Shown here: positions 27,977 to 37,090 of the stretch, piece by piece | Numbering within the stretch: position 1 is the first letter of the stretch | How the letters are laid out: each line of letters starts with the position of its first letter | Virus record (IMG/VR): IMGVR_UViG_3300036790_000178 | Coordinates: 1-64,000 of that record | DNA: 64,000 nt | Direction: 5' to 3' (one strand) | Source of the DNA: a virus | Notes under the pieces: model-generated | What the model was told of the DNA's origin: nothing | Database searches by the model: none | Seen by the model: the letters and a program-made list of their open reading frames with translations, nothing else | Position numbers and translations under genes: made by a program

Positions 27977-29556
27977 GGGCCGGCTCCGAGGCCCTGCGCG
28001 GCGAGGACAGGGTTCGCGCCGGTCTTGTGCGTGACACGCACGATGACGCCAGAATCTGGCGCTGAGGCGCCCACCACGTAATGCTTCATGCGCCGCGGCA
28101 TGTTGGCCCGAGTCTCGCCGACGTGAACGCCACTGAAGCCGCCGTACGCAGCGAGCGCCGCATCCAGATTGCCGAATTGCGCGCGAAGCTGAGAGAGGTA
28201 CTTCCCCGCATCATTTCCTACGGCGAACACATCGAACGGATCAACGCCGCGAGATTTCGCGGTGGACGGGATATATTGAAATGGTCCGGCGGCACCAGTC
28301 TTTGAGTTGAGCGCGTTGTAATCTCCGCTCGACTCAACCATCATAAGCCGCTCAAGCGTTCCAGTTGGAAGCTTGTACTTGCTGTCAATACCCTCAAGAT
28401 ATCCTGCGTAGGTATTCTTACTAGGACCTGTTAGGTTGAGGGCGAATTCATGGAACGATTCCCCGGCGGCGCGCGGAGATCCGGGTATGGGATTGCCTGT
28501 GACTCCAAGGCCGACATCGCGCATCACGGTCGCCAAAGAATGGAGCCCGCTCGCAATGGTCCCCGTGTCTGATACGAGCGAATCTACAGCCGCTTGGAAT
28601 TTCTTCGAAGTCATTTGCGCCGAGAAGTTGTTCAGCAAGTCCGCCAGATTGTCGATTCCTTCCTTGACCAACGGGCCGGAGAGTAGCTTCGACAGAAAGC
28701 TACCGAAGGCTTGGGAGAGTTTCGCCAGCGGATCGGCTAGGGGAACCAAACCTTTCACGAAGATCGTGAAGATTTGATTCCCGGCAGTCTCCAGTTGCGT
28801 GGTGAATTTCTGCCACTTCAACGCGGTGGCGTCATCCAAGCCGAAGAGAGATTTGCCATTCTGCTCGCCGCTCAGCAGACCGGAGAACTCCTTATTCCCC
28901 ATGGCCTTCAGGATCATGAGCTTTTCGAGGCCGCCGAATGCCCCGAGTTGATAGGCGTCGCTCGTTGTCCCGAGAAGACCACGAGGAGTCTCCTGCGCGA
29001 GCTTACGCATCGCCTTCAGCATGGCGATGGAGACTTGCTCTGTGCTGCCGTGCGGGTCCACGCCCAGCGCGTACAACGGACTCTGAAGCGCGGGATTGCT
29101 GATCGCCTGGTTGATCGCCGAGAGGAATCCTCCGGGATTGCCAAGTCTCTCCATGTTGACATCGAACGACCGCATGGAGCCAATGCTCATACCGAGGCCC
29201 ATGGCGGAGCGGCGGTATCCAGAAACATCGCCAGCCATCCGAGTGATCCCAAAGAGCGAGCCGCCGAGCAGGCCGCTGCCGATGATGGTGCCCCACTTCA
29301 GCAGCTCGCCGGTGATCTTGAGCGTGTTGGAGAGAATCCCGGCACTGAATCCGGCGATCCCTTTCCAGGACTTCTCGACGCCGAAAATGGGCGAGGACGA
29401 TCCCGAGCCGAATACCTTGGACTGCGCCTCTCCGACCTTGCCCCATAGACTAGGGGTGTCCGAGAGGCCCTTTTCGAAGGCCGAGAACTTGGCGGCGAAC
29501 GCGGAGAACTTGGAGTCATCGATGGGGATTTCTAAAATCGGCATTTTCAGGGCCAA
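27973..29556 (-). CDS. Tape measure protein with C-terminal lytic transglycosylase (SLT) domain
   Basis: VESSG...A.....GAAGPFQ, ALAAY; position. Confidence 0.8.
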   Translation of the reverse strand: MALKMPILEIPIDDSKFSAFAAKFSAFEKGLSDTPSLWGKVGEAQSKVFGSGSSSPIFGVEKSWKGIAGFSAGILSNTLKITGELLKWGTIIGSGLLGGSLFGITRMAGDVSGYRRSAMGLGMSIGSMRSFDVNMERLGNPGGFLSAINQAISNPALQSPLYALGVDPHGSTEQVSIAMLKAMRKLAQETPRGLLGTTSDAYQLGAFGGLEKLMILKAMGNKEFSGLLSGEQNGKSLFGLDDATALKWQKFTTQLETAGNQIFTIFVKGLVPLADPLAKLSQAFGSFLSKLLSGPLVKEGIDNLADLLNNFSAQMTSKKFQAAVDSLVSDTGTIASGLHSLATVMRDVGLGVTGNPIPGSPRAAGESFHEFALNLTGPSKNTYAGYLEGIDSKYKLPTGTLERLMMVESSGDYNALNSKTGAAGPFQYIPSTAKSRGVDPFDVFAVGNDAGKYLSQLRAQFGNLDAALAAYGGFSGVHVGETRANMPRRMKHYVVGASAPDSGVIVRVTHKTGANPVLAAQGLGAGP

Positions 29557-29568
29557 CTTACGATCTCC

Positions 29569-29877
29569 TCACAAACTCGGTTTCTTGCGAATCGCGTCAA
29601 CTACCCAGCGGGAACGAAACTCCTCCGCCTCGGCCCATTTGGACTTTGGATCAAATAGCTTTAGGACTTCGCCGAATCGGCTGCCGGCGCAGCAGGACTC
29701 GAGAATGTGTCCCACCACGCCGCGACCTTCGCGCCAGAACTCGCGTCTCCGGTCCACGTCGGCAAGGAAGGAAGGAACTCCGCACAGGCCAAGAACGAGA
29801 CGTGCGCACCTATCCGACTGGAGCACATCTGTAGGAATTGCTTCAGATTCTGCCTCGGGAAGTTCCGCGAGGCACAT
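29569..29877 (-). CDS. -1 frame extension of the tail assembly chaperone (gpGT-like)
   Basis: ORF lies in the -1 frame immediately after T TTT TTT and ends just before the tape measure. Confidence 0.55.
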   Translation of the reverse strand: MCLAELPEAESEAIPTDVLQSDRCARLVLGLCGVPSFLADVDRRREFWREGRGVVGHILESCCAGSRFGEVLKLFDPKSKWAEAEEFRSRWVVDAIRKKPSL

Positions 29878-30290
29878 GTAAAAAAAACTGCCGCGGCCTG
29901 CACCTCTCTGGCCTCCCGAGCCGAGAGGATGTCATGCCCAACACAATCATCCAGCGGCACCATTTCCCACGACTTCGTGGATGGTGCAAACACATTGGTT
30001 AGGCGACGGACCTCGGCGAGCAGCCCGCGCTCTACGCCAATGCGCTTCTCCTTGGGATCGTCTGCCCATAATCCGATGCGTGTGGCTACGTCCTTGAGAA
30101 CTAGGTCGGCATTGCGGATGCCCCCATTTCCGACGAGTCCATCCGCAGACAGTTGCGCGTACGTAATGCTGAGCGGCCGGTGGAAGGCGATGAAGATATC
30201 TTCGTTGATCGGGGTCGAGTGGGCGAAGAGAATAACGCCATCGTCCCGCTCAATGGGCAGGATGAGGTTCAGGTCCTTGTCGATTCTCAT
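29661..30290 (-). CDS. Tail assembly chaperone
   Basis: Between tube and tape measure; E.RRLTNV; VFFT slippery codons. Confidence 0.7.
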   Translation of the reverse strand: MRIDKDLNLILPIERDDGVILFAHSTPINEDIFIAFHRPLSITYAQLSADGLVGNGGIRNADLVLKDVATRIGLWADDPKEKRIGVERGLLAEVRRLTNVFAPSTKSWEMVPLDDCVGHDILSAREAREVQAAAVFFTCASRNFPRQNLKQFLQMCSSRIGAHVSFLACAEFLPSLPTWTGDASSGAKVAAWWDTFSSPAAPAADSAKS

Positions 30291-30293
30291 GTG

Positions 30294-30731
30294 CTAAGGC
30301 CAGAGACTCAGGTTGATGTTATATTGCCCACTCAGCACGACAAACAAATCAGGCTCTTCGCCGTTGAAGGCCATATCGCCCACGCTCTTAATTCCTACCT
30401 GCACAAGATCGAACGGAGACAGAACGGTCGTGTCCGGGCGCACGGTGATCGCGCCGAGGATCGAATTGCTTTCCCACTGCTTTTTGTAGAGGTCGGCTAG
30501 GCCCTGAGACTTGATGAGATTGATGCGCACCTCGGCCATAAGGTACTGCTGCGGAGACTTCACGACGCCGACGGCGACGGGCAGGTCCTTGGTGGCATCG
30601 CCAGAAAGTGCGAGGTGGACCATCTGCTTGCCCAGGTACGGCGGCGTGACGTTGAGCGATGGGAAGGCGGGAATTGTGACGCTGGTATTGAGGAGCTGGA
30701 GAATTCCGGGAGAGATATTGGGGTTAGCCAC
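30294..30731 (-). CDS. Tail tube protein
   Basis: 145 aa directly after the sheath; MANP...G.L. Confidence 0.7.
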   Translation of the reverse strand: MANPNISPGILQLLNTSVTIPAFPSLNVTPPYLGKQMVHLALSGDATKDLPVAVGVVKSPQQYLMAEVRINLIKSQGLADLYKKQWESNSILGAITVRPDTTVLSPFDLVQVGIKSVGDMAFNGEEPDLFVVLSGQYNINLSLWP

Positions 30732-30741
30732 GGTCTATACC

Positions 30742-32106
30742 TCAGCCCTGAACCAGAATGTTGATGATGATGTGCTTGAAGAGATGCGGCGCCCAGAATG
30801 CGATGGTCAGACCGCCATAGGTGTCGGCGGCGTACTGGGTCGGGTTCTCCTCGATGTAGTCGACGAACGGCACGGCGTTCACGACGTTCTGGCCGACGTA
30901 GTCGTCCGCGTCCAGATTGTCGATAAAGGCCTGCTGGTCGAGGTTCGCCCGCGCCGGCGTCGCCTGTGTGAGCGCGTACGCACCCATGTTCGAGAGCAGC
31001 TGGAACAGCGCGTCCTGCAGGCGATTGATACCGTCCTGGCTGTACCAGAGAGGATTGACCGAATTGTTCGATCCTTCGATGACCACGTTGGACGTGGTCT
31101 GGTCTGCGTTGATCTGCAGGTAGTCCACCGAGTACCACCAGGACGCGTCCTCACCGTCTTGCATGGCGCCGGAGGAGATCATCGCATTCGAAAGGCCGCC
31201 CTCGGCAGCGGAGGCAACGTAGTTCACGTTGGCAGCGTCGAGCGCGGCGAGCAGTGCAGAGTTCCCGAGCGCCGGGTACACCGTCGCATCGTTGAGAAAC
31301 GTATACGCATGCGGCGTCATGCGATTCACGGACGAAGGCGCGTAGGCCAGGAAGCTCTGGAAGTCCCCCGCTGCATCGAACTCAGTGGTCGAAACGCCAG
31401 GGGCCTCTATCCAGGGTCCGCAAATCGACTTCACGCCCGCGTACTGTTGATAGGTCCCGGTGGTCGTCGTGACGAAGAAGTACGTCATCGACGTATCGGC
31501 CTTGAACGTCTTGGCAAGCGGCAGGAAGGTCGAGGAGCCGTCCCAGTTCTTCGGCACGAGGTAGGCGTAGAACACGCCAGGATTGGCCGTGATGAACGTA
31601 CCGAGCGCGGTGGGCCCGGTGTTGAGGTCCGTTGCCCCGAGCTCGAGCACGTAGACCGCGCGGCGAGTCCCATGCGCGAAGAAATCCGTGATGGCGAGGC
31701 TGAGCATCACCTGCGACGGAGGCGCGTACGTGCCGCGTGCGCTCTCAGAGCCGGGGTTGCCGGCCAGCGGATAGGTGAAGGCGCTCGTTCCCGTCACGGT
31801 CGCGGTAACCGTGCCGTTGTAGCCGATCGGCGTGGCGCCGGCGACGGTGGTGAGGAAGGTGTCGCCCGTGGCGAGACCTGGGATCGGATTGGTCGTGGTT
31901 GCGGTGACGGTACCGCCCGACCAGGCCAAGCTCGAAATGGCGAGCGGGGCGGCGAGGATCGCCGTGAGGTCCGACGACTGCGTGATGAGCGCATAAGACC
32001 CGGCGGCGAGCGTGGTCGCGCCCTGGGAGAGGATGGCGCCTGTCTGCTGGCGCGTATTGGGTTTGGCTCCAATCAGCGTCGAGACGTTCAGTTGGACGAT
32101 GGACAT
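30742..32106 (-). CDS. Tail sheath protein (DUF3383-like)
   Basis: SQG.TTL, VYVLELG, WYSVD..QIN, NPL.Y.QDGINRLQ. Confidence 0.8.
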   Translation of the reverse strand: MSIVQLNVSTLIGAKPNTRQQTGAILSQGATTLAAGSYALITQSSDLTAILAAPLAISSLAWSGGTVTATTTNPIPGLATGDTFLTTVAGATPIGYNGTVTATVTGTSAFTYPLAGNPGSESARGTYAPPSQVMLSLAITDFFAHGTRRAVYVLELGATDLNTGPTALGTFITANPGVFYAYLVPKNWDGSSTFLPLAKTFKADTSMTYFFVTTTTGTYQQYAGVKSICGPWIEAPGVSTTEFDAAGDFQSFLAYAPSSVNRMTPHAYTFLNDATVYPALGNSALLAALDAANVNYVASAAEGGLSNAMISSGAMQDGEDASWWYSVDYLQINADQTTSNVVIEGSNNSVNPLWYSQDGINRLQDALFQLLSNMGAYALTQATPARANLDQQAFIDNLDADDYVGQNVVNAVPFVDYIEENPTQYAADTYGGLTIAFWAPHLFKHIIINILVQG

Positions 32107-32152
32107 GAGCGGCTCCGTGAGAGGAAGCGAAGGGCGCTTGATGCGCTCGGGA

Positions 32153-32461
32153 TCAGACGAAGGAAACGGCGAGCGTCTGCCCGGTGCCGGGAACGACGAC
32201 GATGCCGGTGCCGCAGGGCCAGTTGAACTCGTACGTCCCGACGGTGTTCGGGATCGTCCCGAACTGGTTCGTGACGGCGGCGCTGCCCGTGGTGCTGGCA
32301 TCGTTCACAGTGCCGGCAGCACTCCCGGCCACGAGCACGCTCACCTTGCAGCAGATCCCCGGCGCGTTCTTGACGACGATTGCCGCGGTGATGTCGAGCT
32401 CTGCACGGGTCCCCCCGGGAAGTCCCGGCGAGACATCCACCGGGCCGACTGGCGTGGCCAT
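32153..32461 (-). CDS. Small virion structural protein
   Basis: Beta-rich; GIVVVPGTGQTLAVS; coupled in the late operon. Confidence 0.65.
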   Translation of the reverse strand: MATPVGPVDVSPGLPGGTRAELDITAAIVVKNAPGICCKVSVLVAGSAAGTVNDASTTGSAAVTNQFGTIPNTVGTYEFNWPCGTGIVVVPGTGQTLAVSFV

Positions 32462-32898
32462 TACTGGCTCGTCCCGTTGCTGCCGACGTCCTGGAAGGAA
32501 ACGGCGGTGAGGCTTGTGATCTTCACCATGTACTCGCGCCAGCCGTTCTGCGCGACGCTGGTGGCGCCTGTGATCGTGACGCCCGTACCGCCCGCAATCG
32601 TCCAGGCGAAGGCGCCCGTCGACTCATTGATGATGCGCAGCTTGTAGGTGAAGCCCACATAGCGCTGCGCCTGCGGGATCGCCGCAATGATGTTCGCCGC
32701 GGTGTCGGTCGTCGCCGTCGCTCCGGCCGCCAGCACGCCCGTCATCGCGAGATGGACCTCTACGGCACCACCGGTCAGGGCGTTGGGCGCAGAAAGCGCG
32801 GTGTTGCCGGTTGCGGTGCTGGTGTTGTAATCGATGTTCGGCTGAGCCGACTCACGGAGCGCCGCGGGGTTGTTCCAGGGGAAAGCATTCTGGGGCAT
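32461..32898 (-). CDS. Virion decoration/fibre-like protein
   Basis: TDTAANIIAA, TIAGGTGVT. Confidence 0.6.
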   Translation of the reverse strand: MPQNAFPWNNPAALRESAQPNIDYNTSTATGNTALSAPNALTGGAVEVHLAMTGVLAAGATATTDTAANIIAAIPQAQRYVGFTYKLRIINESTGAFAWTIAGGTGVTITGATSVAQNGWREYMVKITSLTAVSFQDVGSNGTSQ

Positions 32899-32910
32899 GA
32901 CTGCTCCGAT

Positions 32911-33840
32911 TTATGAGTTGACGATCACCGTCGGAATCGCCGACAGGATGAGCTTTTGAGCCACAGTATTGACACGGCTCTGCGTGTAGCTGACGCGGAA
33001 ATCAATCGTTTTCTTCATCGCAATGGCCTGAAGTTCCGTCTGGGTACGCCGCTCGTCCGATATGGTCGGCATCGACATCAGGCCAAAGTTCTGCGTATCG
33101 CGGCTGTACTGAATGATGGCGTTCAAGTAGTCGATCGCCTCATTGCTCTGGAGCCCGTAGAGCACGAGCCGCACACGATCCGCCACCGGCTGCATGCTCG
33201 AGGAGCTCGCATCAAGATACGGAATCGCGGCCAGCGGATCGGTACGGTCGATGATCACGGCCCCGTAGGGCGGCGCCAAATTCGGATCGACGATGTCGGC
33301 CGGGAACAACTCCACCTTCGGCGCGTAGCCGTAAATGGGCTTGTAGGAATTGAGCGCGATCCACAGCGCCAGCGAGTTCGAGGTGACCGCACGCTTCGGG
33401 TCGATTGCTCCTGGGATATCCAGAAGCTGCGACGCCAGTGCCGGATATATCGAGCGGCCGGCATAGTGCCACTGGCCCGCCTCCTCGTATCGTCCATTCT
33501 GCTGCGCGAAGGCGAAGCGAAACTCTCCGATGGTCGCGACAAAGATGGTTTGCGGCGGCGCGTCCGCGAATTCGGTGATGCGCGTCGAGGTGGTGAAGAC
33601 CACGTGCGCGAGCCCCACCGTCTCATCCTCGTTCTGCTCGATGTCCTGAGAGACGTGCAGCGAGCCCGGAACCGGATCCGTCTTTACGGTCGGCTGCCAA
33701 TAGACGTATTTGTCGATGGGCAATACGACGCGCGAGTACGCCTGGAATGCAATCGACTGATCGCCGCTTAGTACCCGGCGCGATTCATTGAGGAGGCCGG
33801 CAATCTGCGAGGCATCTCCAGACTCATCGATGAGACCCAT
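32911..33840 (-). CDS. Head-closure/tail-terminator-like protein
   Basis: Y.R.VLP.D.YV.W; E...IAMKK.I.F.VSY; neck position. Confidence 0.6.
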   Translation of the reverse strand: MGLIDESGDASQIAGLLNESRRVLSGDQSIAFQAYSRVVLPIDKYVYWQPTVKTDPVPGSLHVSQDIEQNEDETVGLAHVVFTTSTRITEFADAPPQTIFVATIGEFRFAFAQQNGRYEEAGQWHYAGRSIYPALASQLLDIPGAIDPKRAVTSNSLALWIALNSYKPIYGYAPKVELFPADIVDPNLAPPYGAVIIDRTDPLAAIPYLDASSSSMQPVADRVRLVLYGLQSNEAIDYLNAIIQYSRDTQNFGLMSMPTISDERRTQTELQAIAMKKTIDFRVSYTQSRVNTVAQKLILSAIPTVIVNS

Positions 33841-33843
33841 CTG

Positions 33844-34383
33844 CTACGACATCCAAGCGGCAAAGCTGTTGGCATAGGTGTGGGAATCGTAGAAGCTCGG
33901 CCGGCGAGGATTAGATTTCGCGTACGGATGCTTGCGGCGATGGTTCACGCCACGCGACGCCGCGCCGGTGGGCGTCCCCGGAATCCCGACCCGCTCGGCC
34001 TCAGAGCTCGAGATGAACTGCTTGAAGCGAGACTGGATCACCTGCATGCCGCGGCCGAAGGGATCCACGCGCCGGCCCATGACAAGCGCCTCGAGGGAGT
34101 TCTGCATGGAGATTCGGATCGAGCTTTCGATCGCGGTCCAGTGAACCCGCGCGAAGACCTGCATGATCCCGTACTCATTCTCGAGCCACTTCGCGACATC
34201 GGCGGTGGTGACGGGGCGGCTCTTCGCATCCTCGGCGCGATAGGGCTGCACGATGACGCCGAGGTTCAGTGTCGGCCTTCGGTTCGTCCCCAACGTCGGG
34301 ACGTTCGGCGGAAAGACCGTGGGAATGTCCGGCGGGAAAACCGTCGGTATGACCCGGCTCGTGTCGTCGAGAATCGGGCTCAT
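33844..34383 (-). CDS. Neck/tail completion protein
   Basis: VA..LE..YG.M, PG.PT.A...G, RPSF.D; N-terminal PTVFPP repeat. Confidence 0.65.
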   Translation of the reverse strand: MSPILDDTSRVIPTVFPPDIPTVFPPNVPTLGTNRRPTLNLGVIVQPYRAEDAKSRPVTTADVAKWLENEYGIMQVFARVHWTAIESSIRISMQNSLEALVMGRRVDPFGRGMQVIQSRFKQFISSSEAERVGIPGTPTGAASRGVNHRRKHPYAKSNPRRPSFYDSHTYANSFAAWMS

Positions 34384-35144
34384 GAGATGCCAAAGAGCGT
34401 CGGCCCATAGGCCTGCGCGATCGAGATATAGGCCCGGCCAAAGGGCGTCTTCATCAGCTGCAGATCGCTCATCGTGAAGGTCTGCATCTGCTGCGGAATC
34501 ACGTACGACCCGGACGTTCCCTGATCCGAGGCGGAATTGACGATCCCGACGTTCAGCGCGACGAGGTCGAACTTCTTGCGCGCATCGGCAAGCAGCGTCT
34601 GTCCGGGAACATCGACACCGAAATTGATGAGCCGATCGGCCGCCAGGTTGTAGACCGCCTTGGTGTAGAGGAGCGGCGATGCCAGATTGATGAGCTCGTT
34701 CACCTCGGCGAGCGCCACGGCCAGGCTCTCAGAGAGGCTCGGCTGCACGATCAAGTACTGATCCCCGGGCGCCGGCGTCAGTCCCTGCGAGTTCCCCGTC
34801 GCCGTGATTTCGTTCCCGCCGGAATCGGTGACGAATGCTCCGGAGCTATCGATGAGCTGGACACCTCCGGAGGCCGTGATGAAGCTCGCGACGGTGAGCG
34901 TGTTCGAGACGACGAGGCCGCCCCAGCGCTGCGTAACATCGAAGAGGACACAGCCAGCCCACTCGTTATCAGGCCATTTCGCGGCCAGGTCCGTGAGCGT
35001 CGCCGTCGTGCCGGCGCTCACCGTTCCCGCCGCATAGGGGAAGGCGGGATATGGATAAGGAGGCGTCGCCGCTGGCAGTACGAGCCCGTACACGAACGTC
35101 CGATAATTGGCTAGGTTCGGGCAGAGCGGATTGACCAGGGCCAA
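34380..35144 (-). CDS. Head-tail adaptor (DUF4054-like) with internal insertion
   Basis: TTG start with GGAGG RBS; Y..AVYNLA, SASDQGTS, KTPFGR.Y. Confidence 0.7.
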   Translation of the reverse strand: MALVNPLCPNLANYRTFVYGLVLPAATPPYPYPAFPYAAGTVSAGTTATLTDLAAKWPDNEWAGCVLFDVTQRWGGLVVSNTLTVASFITASGGVQLIDSSGAFVTDSGGNEITATGNSQGLTPAPGDQYLIVQPSLSESLAVALAEVNELINLASPLLYTKAVYNLAADRLINFGVDVPGQTLLADARKKFDLVALNVGIVNSASDQGTSGSYVIPQQMQTFTMSDLQLMKTPFGRAYISIAQAYGPTLFGIS

Positions 35145-35406
35145 AGCGAGCCTCCAGCGATTGAAGAAATTGACCCCTCACCGGCACGCACGCTGGCTTT
35201 TCAGGAGGAGCCACAGAAGCCGCGGCGCACGCTATCCGCCCCGCCGTAGGTCGCGGGTTAGGCGACTCGCTCATCACGCACGGGAAAGACAAGGGTCCGC
35301 ATGCTCAGGGCCGCCAGACGCACCGCAGGGGCAGTCGGGGTTACTTCCGGCCGTGAGGCCGTAACGAGTCCGCCACTGGCCGACTGGGCGGGAGCCACCA
35401 GCACCG
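35145..35406 (-). ncRNA. Candidate structured RNA in the head operon
   Basis: 262-nt gap without a credible ORF; several potential helices; family not recognised. Confidence 0.3.
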
Positions 35407-35973
35407 CTAGAGATGAGTTACGCCGCTCTCTCGGCCGCCGCGCGTCGACCGGTTGCGGGGAGTGACGCCCGACTGGACGGCTTCGGAGCCCTTGCCGGCC
35501 ACATCGACGTCCTTCGACCTATCGGCTGCGACCTCGAGCTCGACGCGCTGCGGAATCGGGGTGCCGGCCTCCTGCGCGCGTTCGCTCTGCTTGTCGAGCA
35601 GCGCCGCCGCGGTCGCATCGAGCATCTGGTCGCTGCGCGCCTCGGCCGCGGCCTTGTTCTGTTCGAGAGCATCCTCGATTCGACCGAGCTTGATCGGCTT
35701 GTCGCTCCAGATCATGCCGATGAAGCCGCGGGCGCGCTCGCCGTCGCGACGCGCACCGTAGTGTCCGGCCTGATGCTCGAAAATGTGCTTGAACTGATCG
35801 TCCGTGAATTCCTTGCCGCCGGCGAGTGCGACCTGGCCGCCGGCCGGGATCTTCTCGACGAAGAGCTTCTGGCTCCACATCATGCGCCCGCTCTTCGCAT
35901 TCGCTTCCTCGGGCAGGCGATAGTTGAGCAGCGCGTTCTGTACGGTGGTGTTGGCGACGTAGATCTTGGGCAT
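35407..35973 (-). CDS. Head-associated hypothetical protein
   Basis: M..IYVAN.T.Q, IPAGGQ; directly after the capsid gene. Confidence 0.7.
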   Translation of the reverse strand: MPKIYVANTTVQNALLNYRLPEEANAKSGRMMWSQKLFVEKIPAGGQVALAGGKEFTDDQFKHIFEHQAGHYGARRDGERARGFIGMIWSDKPIKLGRIEDALEQNKAAAEARSDQMLDATAAALLDKQSERAQEAGTPIPQRVELEVAADRSKDVDVAGKGSEAVQSGVTPRNRSTRGGRESGVTHL

Positions 35974-35986
35974 TTCAGACTCCTCA

Positions 35987-36029
35987 GTGCTGAGGCGGCC
36001 CGCGCCACAATGGGCGGGCCGCCAGCACG
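35987..36029 (-). terminator. Strong hairpin after the major capsid gene
   Basis: GTGCTGAGGCGGCCCGC...GCGGGCCGCCAGCAC. Confidence 0.5.
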
Positions 36030-36052
36030 ATTTGACTCAGTGAGAGATCGAC

Positions 36053-37072
36053 TCAGTGAGGCATCGACAGCAGGAACACGGTCTCCGGACGGACCGGCCA
36101 GCCGCAGGTCGCACGGATCTCGTAGAGCGTATCCACGGCGCCCAGCGCGAGGGGTACCGTGATCTCGAGGGGCGCCGCCATGTCGGCGTACTGGAAGGAG
36201 CAGCCCGCGAGATTCGGTTGCAGCTTCGCGAAAGCGTTGGTGTCCCACTCCGGCCCGTTCGGCTGCTCCACTTCCGGCATGTGGAGGATCACCATGTCCG
36301 CCCCGCCAGCACCCTGACCGATCAGGGTGTCGTCATAGCAGAACTCGATGACGTCACCCTCGCAGGTCTTCGCCACTTCCTGCACGACCTGCGCTGTAGT
36401 GGCGCTGCCAGCGCCGATGCGCTGGTAGGAAGTGACTTGCACGATGTTGACGAGCTCGAGCTGGCCGAGGATCCGCTGAGGTCCGAGGAAGACGAGCCGA
36501 TGCGGCTTGCCCAACTGGTATGTCGCAGTCTTGAGGTTCAGGATCTGCTGCAGCAGCCATATCGACATCTGGCCGTTGTCGTAGTTCGAAACGGTGGTTG
36601 CCCCGAACGTATCTGGCGGCAGCGTCACGGCCGTCCCGCCACCATTCAGAAACCCCTCGCCGTTGCCGGCATTGACGCCGTAGAGCTCGAGATTGCGCAG
36701 CGTCTGGAATATGCCCTCATGGTTCGCGAGGCGGTAGCCTTCCGCGATGTTGACGCCCCAGCGGCTCATGTTCGCCGCGTCGTGATGATCCCACTCCGCA
36801 TGCGAGCGGATCCGGTAAGTCGGCGTCGAGATGTATTTCGGGACGAGCGTGGCGCCCGGGAGCAGGTTGCCCGCGCCCTGGTTCACGTTCGTGCGGGCTC
36901 GGAAGCCGAGTGTGCGCATGTAGACGTACAGGTCCTCCGGATCCAGCATGATCCGCGGCTTGCCGTCCGCGACCAACCGCAGCGCCTGGGACGCCTGGTT
37001 GATCTGCATGAGCACCCCGGGCTCGATGCGCGAGGGGTGGACCTGTGCCCAGGAAGTACCGAGAGTTGCCAT
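36053..37072 (-). CDS. Major capsid protein (DUF2184-like)
   Basis: 339 aa; YDNGQM, LGPQR, VQ.TSYQR.GAG, R.T.GW..RPE; position. Confidence 0.8.
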   Translation of the reverse strand: MATLGTSWAQVHPSRIEPGVLMQINQASQALRLVADGKPRIMLDPEDLYVYMRTLGFRARTNVNQGAGNLLPGATLVPKYISTPTYRIRSHAEWDHHDAANMSRWGVNIAEGYRLANHEGIFQTLRNLELYGVNAGNGEGFLNGGGTAVTLPPDTFGATTVSNYDNGQMSIWLLQQILNLKTATYQLGKPHRLVFLGPQRILGQLELVNIVQVTSYQRIGAGSATTAQVVQEVAKTCEGDVIEFCYDDTLIGQGAGGADMVILHMPEVEQPNGPEWDTNAFAKLQPNLAGCSFQYADMAAPLEITVPLALGAVDTLYEIRATCGWPVRPETVFLLSMPH

Positions 37073-37090
37073 GTTGCTGTAGCTCCGAAA

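Noticed and set aside
35259-35404. Short ORF filling the head-operon gap (VLVAPAQS..., about 48 aa)
   Set aside because: No RBS, no motif, and it leaves much of the gap unexplained
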